From Sphagnum compactum (lineage: Eukaryota): DNA of 64,000 nucleotides. Every line of letters starts with the position of its first letter. The stretch's first letter is position 1. Below, piece after piece: positions 48,601 to 60,037 of this stretch. Made by a program: the position numbers and the translations under genes. The notes below the pieces were generated by a model. It was given only the letters and a program-made list of their open reading frames with translations, made no database searches and was not told the DNA's origin. The stretch lies in assembly GCA_965153455.1 (NCBI GenBank), contig OZ234493.1, positions 13,072,213-13,136,212 on the forward strand, given 5' to 3'.

Positions 48601-49539
48601 TGAGGCATCAACTAAGGTGCTATGGTCTTTTAAAATCATCTTGTTTTGAATGCATTCTTGTTCAAAAAGCTTGATGTCAAATTGAACTTTATGAACAACA
48701 ATGTTGAAGGTAGAAAATATGCTTAAATTAGCTAGTCCTATGGGCCTCCTAGTAATTAGATAATTACTAATGATAAATTATTTATCATTTTTTAGTTTAT
48801 TTTGAGGATGAAGCCATTAGGTTAATTAGCCCATGGAAATGGGTGATTGGTATTTGATTACCCCTCAACTAAGAGGGATTTGAAAAATGATTAGGATAAG
48901 GAGTCTACTTTTGTGAATGGGATATGGACCTTGTTTAGTTTATAGAAGAAAGGGATTAGGAAATGGATTCCCATCATTCTTGTATGGAGAGTTTTTGGAA
49001 GAATGAAGGAAAGAGATTTTGTATCAAGGAAAAATAATAATAGAGGAAAATGTGTGAAGTTGAAAAACTTGTTGTATCTTCTTTTTCTTTTTCTTTTGCC
49101 TCACTTTTTGTTTAGAATGATAGTAGTTTATTGTAGTTGATGTATAATATTGTAATTTTCATATTAATTTATTATATTTCTTTGTGTCACATTTAGAACC
49201 TGTTCTTTTAATTATTTTAGCTAATTGGAAGGTAATTGTTGCAGGACGATAAGAGCAATTTGTAGGCTAATTTGCTTTGAATAGGTCCATGAGCTTTTGG
49301 TCCTTGAATCCTTGTTTAAAGTCACCCTTAAGTTATGTTTATTCTTGCAATAAAATTTCACAAATGTACATAAATGTAATGGCTTCCCTTGTCACTTAAG
49401 GGACAACATTGATTAATCCTTTGTTTTGACACTAAGGTTAAAACTTGATGGGCCCAACAACAAATTTAATTTAGTTAATTCATTTATTTTCCCCTTTCCA
49501 TTCTTCCTTCAAACAAAAACTTTATTTATTTATTTTCCT

Positions 49540-50060
49540 AAGTTTCACAAGCTTACATCAATTACACAACAACAACATTGATTAATGAAAAAACTTAGAT
49601 TTTGTTATTCTTGCAATAAAGTTTCACAAGCTTACACCGATTAGGCAACAACATCATTGATTAATGAAAAATCCTAAATTTTATTATTCTTGCACTATCC
49701 TACATCAATTAGGCAACAACAACATTGACTAATGAAAAACCCTAAGTTTTCCTTATTCTTGCGATAAAGTTTTCCAAGCCCACATCAATTAGGCAACAAC
49801 AACATTGACTAATGAAAAACCCTAAGTTTTCCTTATTCTTCTTGAGATAAAAGTTTCCCAAGCCTACATCAATTAGGCAACAACAACAACATTGACTAAT
49901 GAAAAACCCTAAATTTTCCTTGTTCTTGAGATAAAAGTTTCCCAAGCCTACATCAATTAGGCAACAACAACATGGACTAATGAAAAACCCTAAATTTTCC
50001 TTATTCTTGCAATAAAGTTTCCAAAGCCTACATCAATTAGGCAAACAAAATGAACTAATG
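49540..50060. repeat. ~80-bp minisatellite (about 7 copies) upstream of COG6
   Basis: Unit AAGCCTACATCAATTAGGCAACAACAACATTGACTAATGAAAAACCCTAA.TTTTCCTTATTCTTG..ATAAAGTTT. Confidence 0.9.
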
Positions 50061-50533
50061 AACTGACTAATCCCCCCCATTTTGACATTAGGTGTAAAGT
50101 TTGATAGGTGCCCAAAGACAAATATAGGCTACAAATTCAGTCCATTCAATTTTCCCTTTGCCTCCAAACAAAAGAATCCTAAGTTTTGTTTATTCATTTA
50201 TTTAATCAAATGGATCATTTAAAATAAATAATATTTTATTTAGTAACTCACCTGTCACTTCGACCACAACACTAACTAATTAACTGACTAATCAGTCTTG
50301 ACATTAGGGTTAGGGTTTGATGGGAGGGGGGACCCAAAGGCAAGGAGTGTGCAGTTGTCGTCCTCGTCGTCGTGGTCGTGGTTTCTTTGCGCTCGGTTGT
50401 TGGTTTGTTTGTTTCTTGGATCTGGGAAGGTGTTTTTTTTTTTCCCCCCCTCTGTGAGAAACGATAGGAGAAAGTGGTAGATCTTTTCTTTTCTTTTTGT
50501 ATGGTGGCTTTTGATAGCGATCTGAATGCAAGA

Positions 50534-52714
50534 ATGACGTCGAGTTTGGCTCCGGGTCTTGCCCGGAAGCTAAAGAAAGTGTTGGAGACGCGAACGGATT
50601 CGCCAGAGCTTCTGGCATCTCTCGGCACGCTCTCCAGTTTCTACGCTGACAACACGCTTCAGGCAAGACGGAACTTGCGAGCGACGATCGAGAGACGAGG
50701 TCTTTCGATCAATGAGGAGTTTCTGACAGCTTCGGAGTCGGCACAAAAGGCTCTGGATGCGGTGGAGTCAGAAGTTGCGGGTTTGGCGGAGTGCTGTGAC
50801 AGGATTGCCAAGTCGCTAAGCAGCTGCAGTAGCATGACAGGTGACATCGTGACCGCCACCGAACGGCTGAAGCAAGAGCTGGATTACACCACGCAGCGAC
50901 AAGATCTCATTACTATGTTCCTCAACAACTATCAACTGCATCCTGAAGAAGTCGCAGCATTGCGAGAAGAGGATCTCAGTGAAGATTTCTTCAAAGCACT
51001 CCTGCGAGTCCAAGAGATTCACGCTAACTGCAAAGTGTTGCTGCGCACACATCATCAACGCGCAGGGTTGGAGCTCATGGATATGATGGCCGTTTACCAG
51101 GAAGCAGCGTATGAACGGCTTTGCAGATGGGTGCAGGCCGAATGTCGAAGCTTGGGGGATAACGATACTCCTGAGGTGAGTGATCTGCTCAAAACTGCTG
51201 CTCGTTCTCTGAAGGAGAGACCTGTTCTCTTCAGATACTGTGCTGAAGAGGTAGCCAATACAAGACACAATGCCCTTTTCCGCCGCTTCATTAGTGCTCT
51301 TACACGCGGTGGACCTGGAGGAATGCCAAGACCCATCGAAGTGCATGCCCATGACCCCCTCCGCTATGTCGGGGATATGCTGGGATGGCTGCATCAAGCT
51401 CTGGCATCAGAGAGAGAGCTGGCCATGGCACTATTTAGCACTGATGCTACCTTGGGCACCACCTCACGCAGATTCTCCACAGAAGCTTCGAATTTGGTGT
51501 CATCAAAATCAGGTCGAATGTCAAAGGAGTGGGAGAGAGAAGATGGGAAGGCAGAGGCAGATATGGCATTTGTGTTGGATCGTGTGTTTGAAGGTGTTTG
51601 CAGACCTTTCAAAGTGCGAGTGGAGCAAGTGCTCCAGTCACAGCCCAGTCTATTGTTGGCATACAAGCTCAACAACCTTCTTGAGTTTTATGGTCACACT
51701 GTGTCAGAGCTCTTAGGTCATGATGCGGCACTTTCTTGTACAGTTCGAGACTTGCAAGATGCTGCCCAGCGAACTGTGTTTGACATCATGAAAGCACGGG
51801 GAGATCGGTTGTTGAAGTACCCTGCACCTGTGGCAGTGGATTTGTCCCCTCCACCTGCTGTCACCGAGGCAGTCTCACTTTTGCTGGAGCTTATTGACAC
51901 CTATGAGAGCATGATGGTGCCGGCAGGCAGTAAGAAACCAGATTTTGGACCTGTGATTGAGGCAATTTTGGACCCTGTTATACTGATGTGTGAGCGATCA
52001 GCTGAGGCATTTGGATCCAAGACATCCGCACCAGCTATCAAACGCGGTTCAAGTGGAATCCCAGATCCTGGACATGGACAGAGGTTTCCGGGATTGTCAC
52101 CCTCCCAACGAAGGTTATCATCAGTTGAGACACTACTTAGTGGGACACCAGCTATTCTTCCTGCTCAAGGTGTGATGGCAATCCGCAAAATGTTTATCAT
52201 CAATTGTTTGTCAGCCATTCAGCAACCTTTGACTGTGCACAGAGTGGCAGATGTTTGTGTTCGATCTCTGCAATCACAAATTGAGGGCCACATTGCAGCT
52301 TTAGTAGACTCAGAAGTGGGGATTATTCTTGACCGCTGTGGGCTCCAAAAGAAAGTGGCCTACATTAAAGATAAGTTGCAGAAAGGTACACAACCTGAAA
52401 TTGTGCCAAAGGAAGAGGACCAGGATGATGGAAAACCAATGGCTGAAGCTGATGGGATGTCACCTACAGCAGTTGCAGAGTCACTGAGACTTTTCTTTGG
52501 TCTCCTGGGCAGCAACAAAGGAGCTGTACCAGAGTTTGAGCAGATACATGTCCCGCAACTAAGGAGTGAGACATGTGTTGGAGTGGCAGGAGCATTAGCA
52601 AATGCATATGAGCTTGTGTACAATGCTGTTTCAGACTCTGCTAATGGCTACCCTGACCCCAAGAGTATGATGCGCCATTCTCCGGACCAGATGAAGACTA
52701 TCCTTGGATTATGA
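50534..52714 (+). CDS. COG6: Conserved oligomeric Golgi complex subunit 6, intronless CDS, 726 aa
   Basis: MTSSLAPGLARKLKKVLE, ARRNLRATIE, FISALTRGGPGGMPRPIEVHAHDPLRYVGDMLGWLHQ, CRPFKVRVEQVL, FIINCL, HSPDQMKTILGL. Alternative in-frame ATG at 50501. Confidence 0.95.
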   Translation: MTSSLAPGLARKLKKVLETRTDSPELLASLGTLSSFYADNTLQARRNLRATIERRGLSINEEFLTASESAQKALDAVESEVAGLAECCDRIAKSLSSCSSMTGDIVTATERLKQELDYTTQRQDLITMFLNNYQLHPEEVAALREEDLSEDFFKALLRVQEIHANCKVLLRTHHQRAGLELMDMMAVYQEAAYERLCRWVQAECRSLGDNDTPEVSDLLKTAARSLKERPVLFRYCAEEVANTRHNALFRRFISALTRGGPGGMPRPIEVHAHDPLRYVGDMLGWLHQALASERELAMALFSTDATLGTTSRRFSTEASNLVSSKSGRMSKEWEREDGKAEADMAFVLDRVFEGVCRPFKVRVEQVLQSQPSLLLAYKLNNLLEFYGHTVSELLGHDAALSCTVRDLQDAAQRTVFDIMKARGDRLLKYPAPVAVDLSPPPAVTEAVSLLLELIDTYESMMVPAGSKKPDFGPVIEAILDPVILMCERSAEAFGSKTSAPAIKRGSSGIPDPGHGQRFPGLSPSQRRLSSVETLLSGTPAILPAQGVMAIRKMFIINCLSAIQQPLTVHRVADVCVRSLQSQIEGHIAALVDSEVGIILDRCGLQKKVAYIKDKLQKGTQPEIVPKEEDQDDGKPMAEADGMSPTAVAESLRLFFGLLGSNKGAVPEFEQIHVPQLRSETCVGVAGALANAYELVYNAVSDSANGYPDPKSMMRHSPDQMKTILGL

Positions 52715-53479
52715 TCTTGTCCTTTTGAAGGACTTATGAAAGACTACTTGCTCTTTTGACACTCAAGGTAAGAAGTTGCACAATGGTTGAAGAATGTGAA
52801 GCGTGGCTGTCTAGAGGGCTGAATTAGATACAGGCTTGTTAACAGAGGGCAAGGACCAACAGAGTTTCTTAAATCAACACATGATTCTTGGCAGGCATGG
52901 GTGCAAAGTCAGCTAGTTTCACATTCTTCAACCATATGCAACTTTGTCATTCTTTGGAGTATAAGTAGCTCAGAAGGGAAGAATTGTCTTATTGATATAT
53001 TTGGGTTGTTGGTAACAGGTACACTAGGTTTGCTAGAGAATATTGCAATCTCTTTCTCTCTGCACGAGCACACCATTCTGTGAGTTCTGTGTGGGTGGTA
53101 AGGACCTACTGCAGGCACCATGCTTTCCATTCTGGAAAACCAGTATTACAAGATCTTACCTATCCCTTTGGTTTGGAGTTTTTTGAGCTTTCTCTGACAA
53201 TATCACAAACTCAGGATGAGTTTGCTTAATAAGATAGTATGGGTCACCGCCACAGATCACACCACTACATCTGTGGTATGGTTGTCAGCTGGATTCACCA
53301 ACAACCATTTCAGAAACAAATTGCAAATATAGTTTTAATATAGTAATGTAGTCATTGTGCAAAACTGCAAATATAGTATATGTATTATTTTATTCATTGT
53401 GTCACAGCTATATGTTTTGCAGTCAGTCATTTTGTCGCAGTTGACCATTTTTTATTTGAGAAACATAGCTGGTAAGGTC

Positions 53480-55650
53480 TTTGCAGAGCTGGGTAGTGCA
53501 GGGGTGTTTGCTCATCACTGCATTCTTGCATGATCAAATCTGCTTTCTTCACAATTCGGAACAACTCCTTATATATTGACTACGCCCAAGTTGTACAAGT
53601 CTTGTTCATGAGATAACATTTGCTAGTGAATATTTTGTCAACCATGCATTTGCACTGTAAGACATTCATGTCTAGTTTTGAAGTCTGGCCCAATGTTCTA
53701 TCATCTAGGTCACGTTTGGCTGTTAAAAGTCCTTACTTTGAGAACTTCTATGTCGAATGAAGTTGCTTCAAAGGTGAATCAATATTGTTGGCACCTACCA
53801 GAACACAATTCAAAATGTGCAAGATGTAATGTCACATTGGTGTGAAACACACGTCACTTTCACTCATAGTTCAACAATATGATCCAATAATGTTTTGCAT
53901 GTGTGTAAGAAGTACATAAGCCCAAGATTATTTGTTGTGAAAAATTTGTGAACTCATCTTTAATGAAGGTCTAATAGAAACAAAGTCTATTAATTACGAT
54001 CTATGACAATCATTTTCATTACTCCATTTTGAATTAACCATAGTTGTGCCATTTCATGCATAACATGAAACTTGCAACAAGCATGTAGGTGGAGTCACAC
54101 CTTCTAGTTCAGATTGATAACCAGCTGAATCATTCAACTTTGACAAAGATTGATCACCATCCAAAACATCCTCTGGCTCAAAGTCGGTGTCTTTGATATT
54201 TTCTTCTGTTGTGCAACTCTCATTGACACCATCATCTGTGACTTCCACGCTTCCTACTCCAATCCATGCATAGAAAAAGAAGGTAAAGATTCTAAAACAT
54301 GACATATCCAAACTAATAATGTCTACATTAGGTTGAATGAAGTTCCTTCTCATTGAGACCATCATTCTCTACTCCATTTCATACAGAAAACAGAAATATT
54401 AGGATCTTAAAGCATGACATATCAAAACTAAGAATGACCACAGTGGCAACTAATGGCAAAACCCAAGGCATTAATAAAAAAGATTGAATGTTCACTTGAA
54501 TTCATGAAAACTTCACAAACATTGAAGGCATCCTTCATTACTACTTTAGATGAAAAAAATGTTTTCTTTGTCATAAAACCATGGCCATTCAAAAGTGAGT
54601 CAGACATGCTAATTAATAGAAGAAAACATTTCACAAATTTTACTAGACTAACTTGTACAAATTAGTTATAAAATCACCTGTCATGAAAATACTTTTAATG
54701 CCACATAGTTGATTGTAGATTGATGAGAAAGTTGGCCTCCTTTGTCACCTTTTATCCCAACACTGCTCTATCAAGGACAACAAGAACTTGGGCAAGGAAG
54801 TAGGTAAGGTTGGCCTTGCGCTTGCCTTGATCATGGCTTTAATTTTATTTACATGAATTTTTGCAAATTGGATTACCCTTGTGAGGATCTCCAAGCAAAT
54901 GATAGCATAACTATACACATCTACCTTGAATGGGTTATAAATTTCCATGTTGTGAAAAGTGTTGTTTGGAATCAACTTCGGTGCCATCCATCTTGTTGTC
55001 CCCAAGTGGTATTGCAAGTCAAAAAGTGAAATGCCATGAGGGTCAATGATATGTGATAAGCTACAAAGTGATACTTTGGCTTGTATGTACCCGACTTTTG
55101 CCATCTCTTCGTCTTGTGAAGGATAATTGAAAAAAACATGTGGAGACTTGAAATTCCTATGTGCTATCCCACTTTGGTGCATTGACTGCATGCCAATTAC
55201 TTGTAGCATGATATCCATTGCAATAGGAAGGTTAGATAACACCAATGAATTGTTGACACCATCCTCAAGGTAACTTTGAAGGTCTTGATGCATGTGTTCC
55301 ATCACAAGGGAAAAAATCTTAAAGTCTTTGCCAAATCAACCAAATATTTGCCCAATGTGAAGGTGAGAATGGCTTGCCGATATCTTTGCTATTTGCTTGA
55401 CACTATTATTCATCCTTACATAAGCCTTTTGAAAGGATTTTAAATCAAAGCTTTAACCCAACCACTTTACCTCCTTAACCGACTAAAACCTTCCTTCACT
55501 AATGAGTTGGCCAAACATGAGCTTTGTTGGCTCTATGGTCAACAAGTCGAATGTTTTCATGAACTTCAATTCAATTGAATTAGTTGTATAATTTTGCAAA
55601 TTCTCTAACCTCCTTTTAGAACTCTCATAATCTCACCAAGCATACATCCT

Positions 55651-55690
<40 letters not shown>

Positions 55691-56140
55691 TTTTGATGTC
55701 TTGTCCAAGAGTCACTTGATGTCCTTAAGTTTACAACATTCAAAATAATGGCTTCATAGCACTAAAGCTTAAAAAGAACTTCAACAAAAAGTTCAGTGCT
55801 ATTTACAAGCTTGATTGCCGACTCCAACCAGTCTTTGGTCTTGCCACAACTGCATATGATTGCCTCTACATCCTTCACCACACGATAGAGCTCCTTGAAA
55901 ATTTATTTGCAAGATAGTTGGAAGAGATCAACTTGCATCTCACTAGGTACAAAATCCATGCCTACTCGTATACGCATCATCATGTGTACAAGCTGTGTAC
56001 AAGGATCTCGTTGAAAAAACATGCATTGATAATCATTGAATTGCACCTCATATCCAATTAGTGTTGCACCACATCCCATGAGAGTTGGAAATAATTTTCC
56101 GTCATTGTGTGAAGATGCTCCTAATCGATTCACACTTTGC
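53480..56140 (-). pseudogene. DUF1221/HeLo-like (plant MLKL-type) protein kinase pseudogene with a second downstream HeLo-like module
   Basis: N-terminal FNDYQC...FKELYRVVKDVE.II.SC...DWLESAI (~56040-55780); kinase remnants HRNFKSPHV, GTTRWMAPK, KVDVYSYAIICLEILT, LIEQCW (55305-54745); second module MNVLQCKCMVDK...YKELFRIVKKADLIMQEC (~53670-53515). Many stops and frameshifts; (AT)n inside. Confidence 0.7.
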
Positions 56141-56263
56141 ACATCTCACAACCCTCTATGCTCACAGCTACTCTTCTAAAAGCAACTCTCTCACTTCTTA
56201 ACTTTGGTCTATAAGTTGCACCTAAACTATATTAGCTCAAACTTGTTGAATGTTTCTTTCTTA

Positions 56264-58133
56264 CGAGTGTGAACCCGGTGCATAATGCACCCGTCGAGCT
56301 CCCCCCCCCGCCCGATCCTTCCCATTGCTCACTCCGGTTCTTTACATCATTGACCCCCCCCCCATCTTCGCATTTTTCACTCCGATTCTTTAATCCGTTG
56401 ATCCCCCCCCCGTTCCCCTGTTATATATATAATTAACTTTTCGCCCCGTGCTGGCCCCCCCGCCCGTGCTGGCCCCCCCTCGCCCCGTGCTGACCCCCCC
56501 CCGCCCCGTTACCAAGCCCTGTCATTCGCTGCTTCACCGGCCTCTCCCTCCCCCACCCCCCAAAACCCCCATCACAACATACTTACCCTTTGATGACAAG
56601 AGGTAAATATTGGTTTCAACTTGTATATTGAAAACTTATGCATTGTGCACGTCAAGTACCAACAAAAATATTATTGGACCACCACATGAGACAATAAAAA
56701 TAACATGCTAGTTATTACAACAAGGTTATATAAATCTGTGTAAATTCTTTTGGGCGACTTTTTGCAAATTGGTCAATTTTTTTCCAAAAATGAAAAAAAA
56801 AAGAGAGAAAACCTTGTGATTTGTTGGGTCATTTTTGTCATTTTTTGAAATAAAAATAATTAGATTAGCCACAGTTAGACCTAGGCATTTCTTAAGTCAT
56901 TTTTTGGATATTAATTAAGTTTTACTTAAATATTGCTAGTTAAGTTTAGTGTGAAATATCTGAATGCATGAAACGATGGCTTTGTCATGTGCCTTCTAGG
57001 GTAGGTAACATCATGCATTGGGGGGTGTTTCCCCTTCTATTTAGATTAGAAGTGAAGTCCCCCGGTTTCTTTAAACCAAGAGAGACACACGGGGTGCACA
57101 GGGCACGATGGGCGGGCCAAACCGAGGGTCGAAGAGCGCCACTTCCGCTCGCTGCAAACGCAACGCAACGTGCCAGCCCCTTCCCTTCTCAAGCTACACA
57201 GAAAAAGGAGAGAGACGACCGAGCTCGGGTACCCGGGCCGGTGTCGACGACAGCCCCCGGAAACACACGGGCCCCTTCCCTTCTCGAGCTACAGAGAGAA
57301 AGGAGAGAGACGACTGAGCTCGTGTACCCGGGCCGGTGTCGGCGACAGCCCTCGGAAACACACGGGCCCTGTTCCGATCCACCCGTGGCAAAGAGCTTGG
57401 TTTATGGCCCGGGACCTGGGTCTTCGTGGGGAGACCGGGCTTCGTCATCGCCCCGGTTTAATACTTACTCCCGCAGTTCCACACACCTGGGCGCCGCCCA
57501 GCCCGCACCAGGTTTTTTTTTACCGTTCGGCTCTTTGACCGTAGGCACCCCAGTAAGTAAAGTAAGTAATTTGAAGCCTGGGCGTTGGGACTTGGGACTC
57601 AGGACAGTTCGTCCAGTGGTCACAGACACTCTGCGTCCAGTGGTCACAGACAAACGGACAGACATAGAACATGCTGAGGTGGAGGCAAATAGTTTACAAA
57701 TGATGTGGCAGAATCTATCGAAATTGCCACTTCAGAAAATGGCCATTAGCCAGACTCAGCTCATGGTTACCCGTCTGATAAACACCATTTGCTGAAACCT
57801 GACTCTTGGCCACCTATCAGATAATGGCTATTGGTGAGACCCTGCTCATAGCCAATCACCGCAAGGACATTTTTATTAAATCTCAGTATGAAATGCTGAA
57901 ACTCAACATTTAATGCACAAGGTTCGAGACTAATATTATAGTAGTTGTACAGGTACAGTGAAAATATATGTAACAGAAGTAGAGGCGCTCAAGGAAAAGG
58001 AAAGACAGGATGGTGCTGGTCCTCCCTCCCCCCCCCCCCCCGTGCTGGCCCCCCCCCCCTAACCCACTGCTTCACCGGCCCCCACCCCCCAAAACCTCCA
58101 TCACAGACAGACGTAGTGAATTTATATATAAGA
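56264..58133 (-). mobile_element. Non-autonomous composite Helitron, same family as 33486-34258
   Basis: On the minus strand: 5' A|TCTTATATATAAA at 58133, and 3' GGTGCATTATGCACCGGGTTCACACTCG|T at 56264, nearly identical to the other copy (CTAG->CTCG). Internal duplications at 56445-56575/58010-58105, a ~96-bp tandem at 57175-57370 and a 19-bp repeat at 57610-57652. Confidence 0.8.
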
Positions 58134-58893
58134 TATGATTACGAAGCACCCAATAGATCTAATTCTATCTTTACATTCTTGTATAGTAGTAAAGAAACAC
58201 CCACTAATCAATTTTTTTCAACCAAAAAGGAAAAAACTCTTTTCAAACCTTCAATTTTCTCTTGTTATGACAAACATTTTTTTAGACATGGAAGCCATAA
58301 ATTCTCCTCCAAAGGCAAAAAGATGGATTGAAAACCATGGATTTCTCTTTTTTTGTGGGAATTTGTCTTTCTCTCCAACACATGAAAGTGGCAAAATTCC
58401 TAGAAACATGGTTACATGGACCTCCCTTTCATCAAGTAGATATAAAGAGCGGGTTGCCAAAAAAAAACACCTCATGCAGCCATTTTCTCTAGTGAATTTT
58501 GAAAATGAAGTGATTTTGGAGGGTTTCAATGGCCATAAGTGAAGGAGTTTCAAATAAATAAATAAATAAATAAATCATGAGATTCCTATATTAGGTTTTC
58601 ATTGTGTATCCATGAGTAATAAATAGAAGGGTTGTTTACAAAATTTGTATCTCATATCTGGTTTATAGCCATATTTGGCTGAATTTTCCAGGGGTCATCG
58701 CCATTTCCTTTATATCTTCTTCCTTTGGATGATCGCCATCCTAAGGCTACACTAAAGAAGTTCCAAAAATAAAAATGCCTCGACTCAAACCCTAATTTGA
58801 GCTGCTTTGTGTTTTGCTTGTTGCTTGGGGGCTTTTGTTTATTGTCGGTGTGTCGGCGTTGCCTGTGCTGCTGTTGTTCTTGCTGCTGCTGCG

Positions 58894-59865
58894 ATGGTGT
58901 CGTTGCTGGTAGCTACGTATGCAGACGTAGCTTCCATCAACCCTGCTTGTGCACTCCTCGCGCTTTTGCCTTCACTCTGGCGACCTGGCCCGTATCTGGA
59001 CTCTTGTGCCTCGTTCGCCCATGGCTCCTTCCGCTTGTTGCAGCTACATGGACGAATCGTGTATGAAGATCATCTGGAGCGGCGATGGGAAGCGCAAACG
59101 GGGGAGAAAGTGTCGGAGATCATCTTCATGAGCAGACATACAGCGGTTTCCAATCGACCTGCACTCACGGTACATCCCATAGGTATTCCTCATCTCCTTC
59201 CTCATGAAACGCCGCCCGCAGGGGGACGACCCGGCTGGGCTGCTCCCCCAAACTCCAGGATCGGTCCTTGGTTCCGACTCCTCAAGTCTGTTGCCGTGAG
59301 TCAATCCCTGTTTCCGGAGTTCGAGATCACTCTGGAAGCGACTCATCATGGACCAGAGACAGAAGTGCCTGCGATGTTTGTTGAGATCGGTAGTACTGAG
59401 GAGTACTGGCAGAGACAGGATGCAGCCAAAGCCATAGCCATGCTCTTCTCCCAAGGATTAGGTCTCGATGGCAGCCCTGGAGTCGGAGTTTGGAGTCAAG
59501 AGGCCAACGGCGGAGACAAGGTGCTGTTAGGGTTAGGAGGTGGCCATTACGCTCCCAGACATGGAGATATTGCAGTGAAGGAAGGTGTCTGGGTTGGCCA
59601 TCTGTTGTCTGGCTATTCCTTAGTAATGGAGGAGCCACCGCCCCAGGTTCTCAAGAGCAAGAACTACGCTCAGATTCAGGGGACATGGAAAGAGGCCATC
59701 AAGGAAGCTGTTGCGGCAACCAGGAAGAGTTTTCCAGGAGGAGAAGTGGTTGTGCACCTCGACAGCAAGAGCTTTAAGGGCTGGCAACGAAGTGCAATCA
59801 CCTGGTTCTTGAGTGAAGAAGGTGTGAGTATTGGTAAACCCCAGGACTTTGCACCATCTTCTTGA
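58894..59865 (+). CDS. GEK1: D-aminoacyl-tRNA deacylase, archaeal/plant DTD2 type (GEK1), intronless CDS, 323 aa
   Basis: MVSLLVAT.AD.ASINPA, SRHTAVSNRPALTVHPIG, FEITLEATHHGP, FVEIGSTEEYW, LGGGHYAPRH, VGHLLSGYSL, HLD.KSFKGWQ; telo-box AAACCCTAA at ~58788. Confidence 0.95.
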   Translation: MVSLLVATYADVASINPACALLALLPSLWRPGPYLDSCASFAHGSFRLLQLHGRIVYEDHLERRWEAQTGEKVSEIIFMSRHTAVSNRPALTVHPIGIPHLLPHETPPAGGRPGWAAPPNSRIGPWFRLLKSVAVSQSLFPEFEITLEATHHGPETEVPAMFVEIGSTEEYWQRQDAAKAIAMLFSQGLGLDGSPGVGVWSQEANGGDKVLLGLGGGHYAPRHGDIAVKEGVWVGHLLSGYSLVMEEPPPQVLKSKNYAQIQGTWKEAIKEAVAATRKSFPGGEVVVHLDSKSFKGWQRSAITWFLSEEGVSIGKPQDFAPSS

Positions 59866-59875
59866 GCTCAAAGAT

Positions 59876-60037
59876 CCTTAAGTCTTCTTCTCTGATGCAT
59901 ACCTTAATCTATGTGATTGGAGAAGCAAGGAACCTTACGTCGTCTTCTTCAATGCACACCTTGTCTATGTGATTGGAGAAGCCACAAACCTTAAGTCTTC
60001 TTCTTCAATGCACAACTTGTTTATGTGATTGGAGAAG
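59876..60037. repeat. ~55-bp tandem repeat x3 in the GEK1 3' UTR
   Basis: CTTCTTC..ATGCA.A.CTT..TATGTGATTGGAGAAG occurs three times. Confidence 0.85.

Noticed and set aside
48555..49191. Possible solo LTR (TGTAATGCCC...GTGTCACA)
   Set aside because: No target-site duplication or partner LTR visible; unsupported without a repeat library.
49540..50060. CRISPR-like array
   Set aside because: Eukaryotic context, contiguous tandem units, no unique spacers and no cas genes.
56968..57795. 275-aa ORF as a gene
   Set aside because: Lies in GC-rich Helitron cargo with tandem repeats; no Rep/helicase or other domain.
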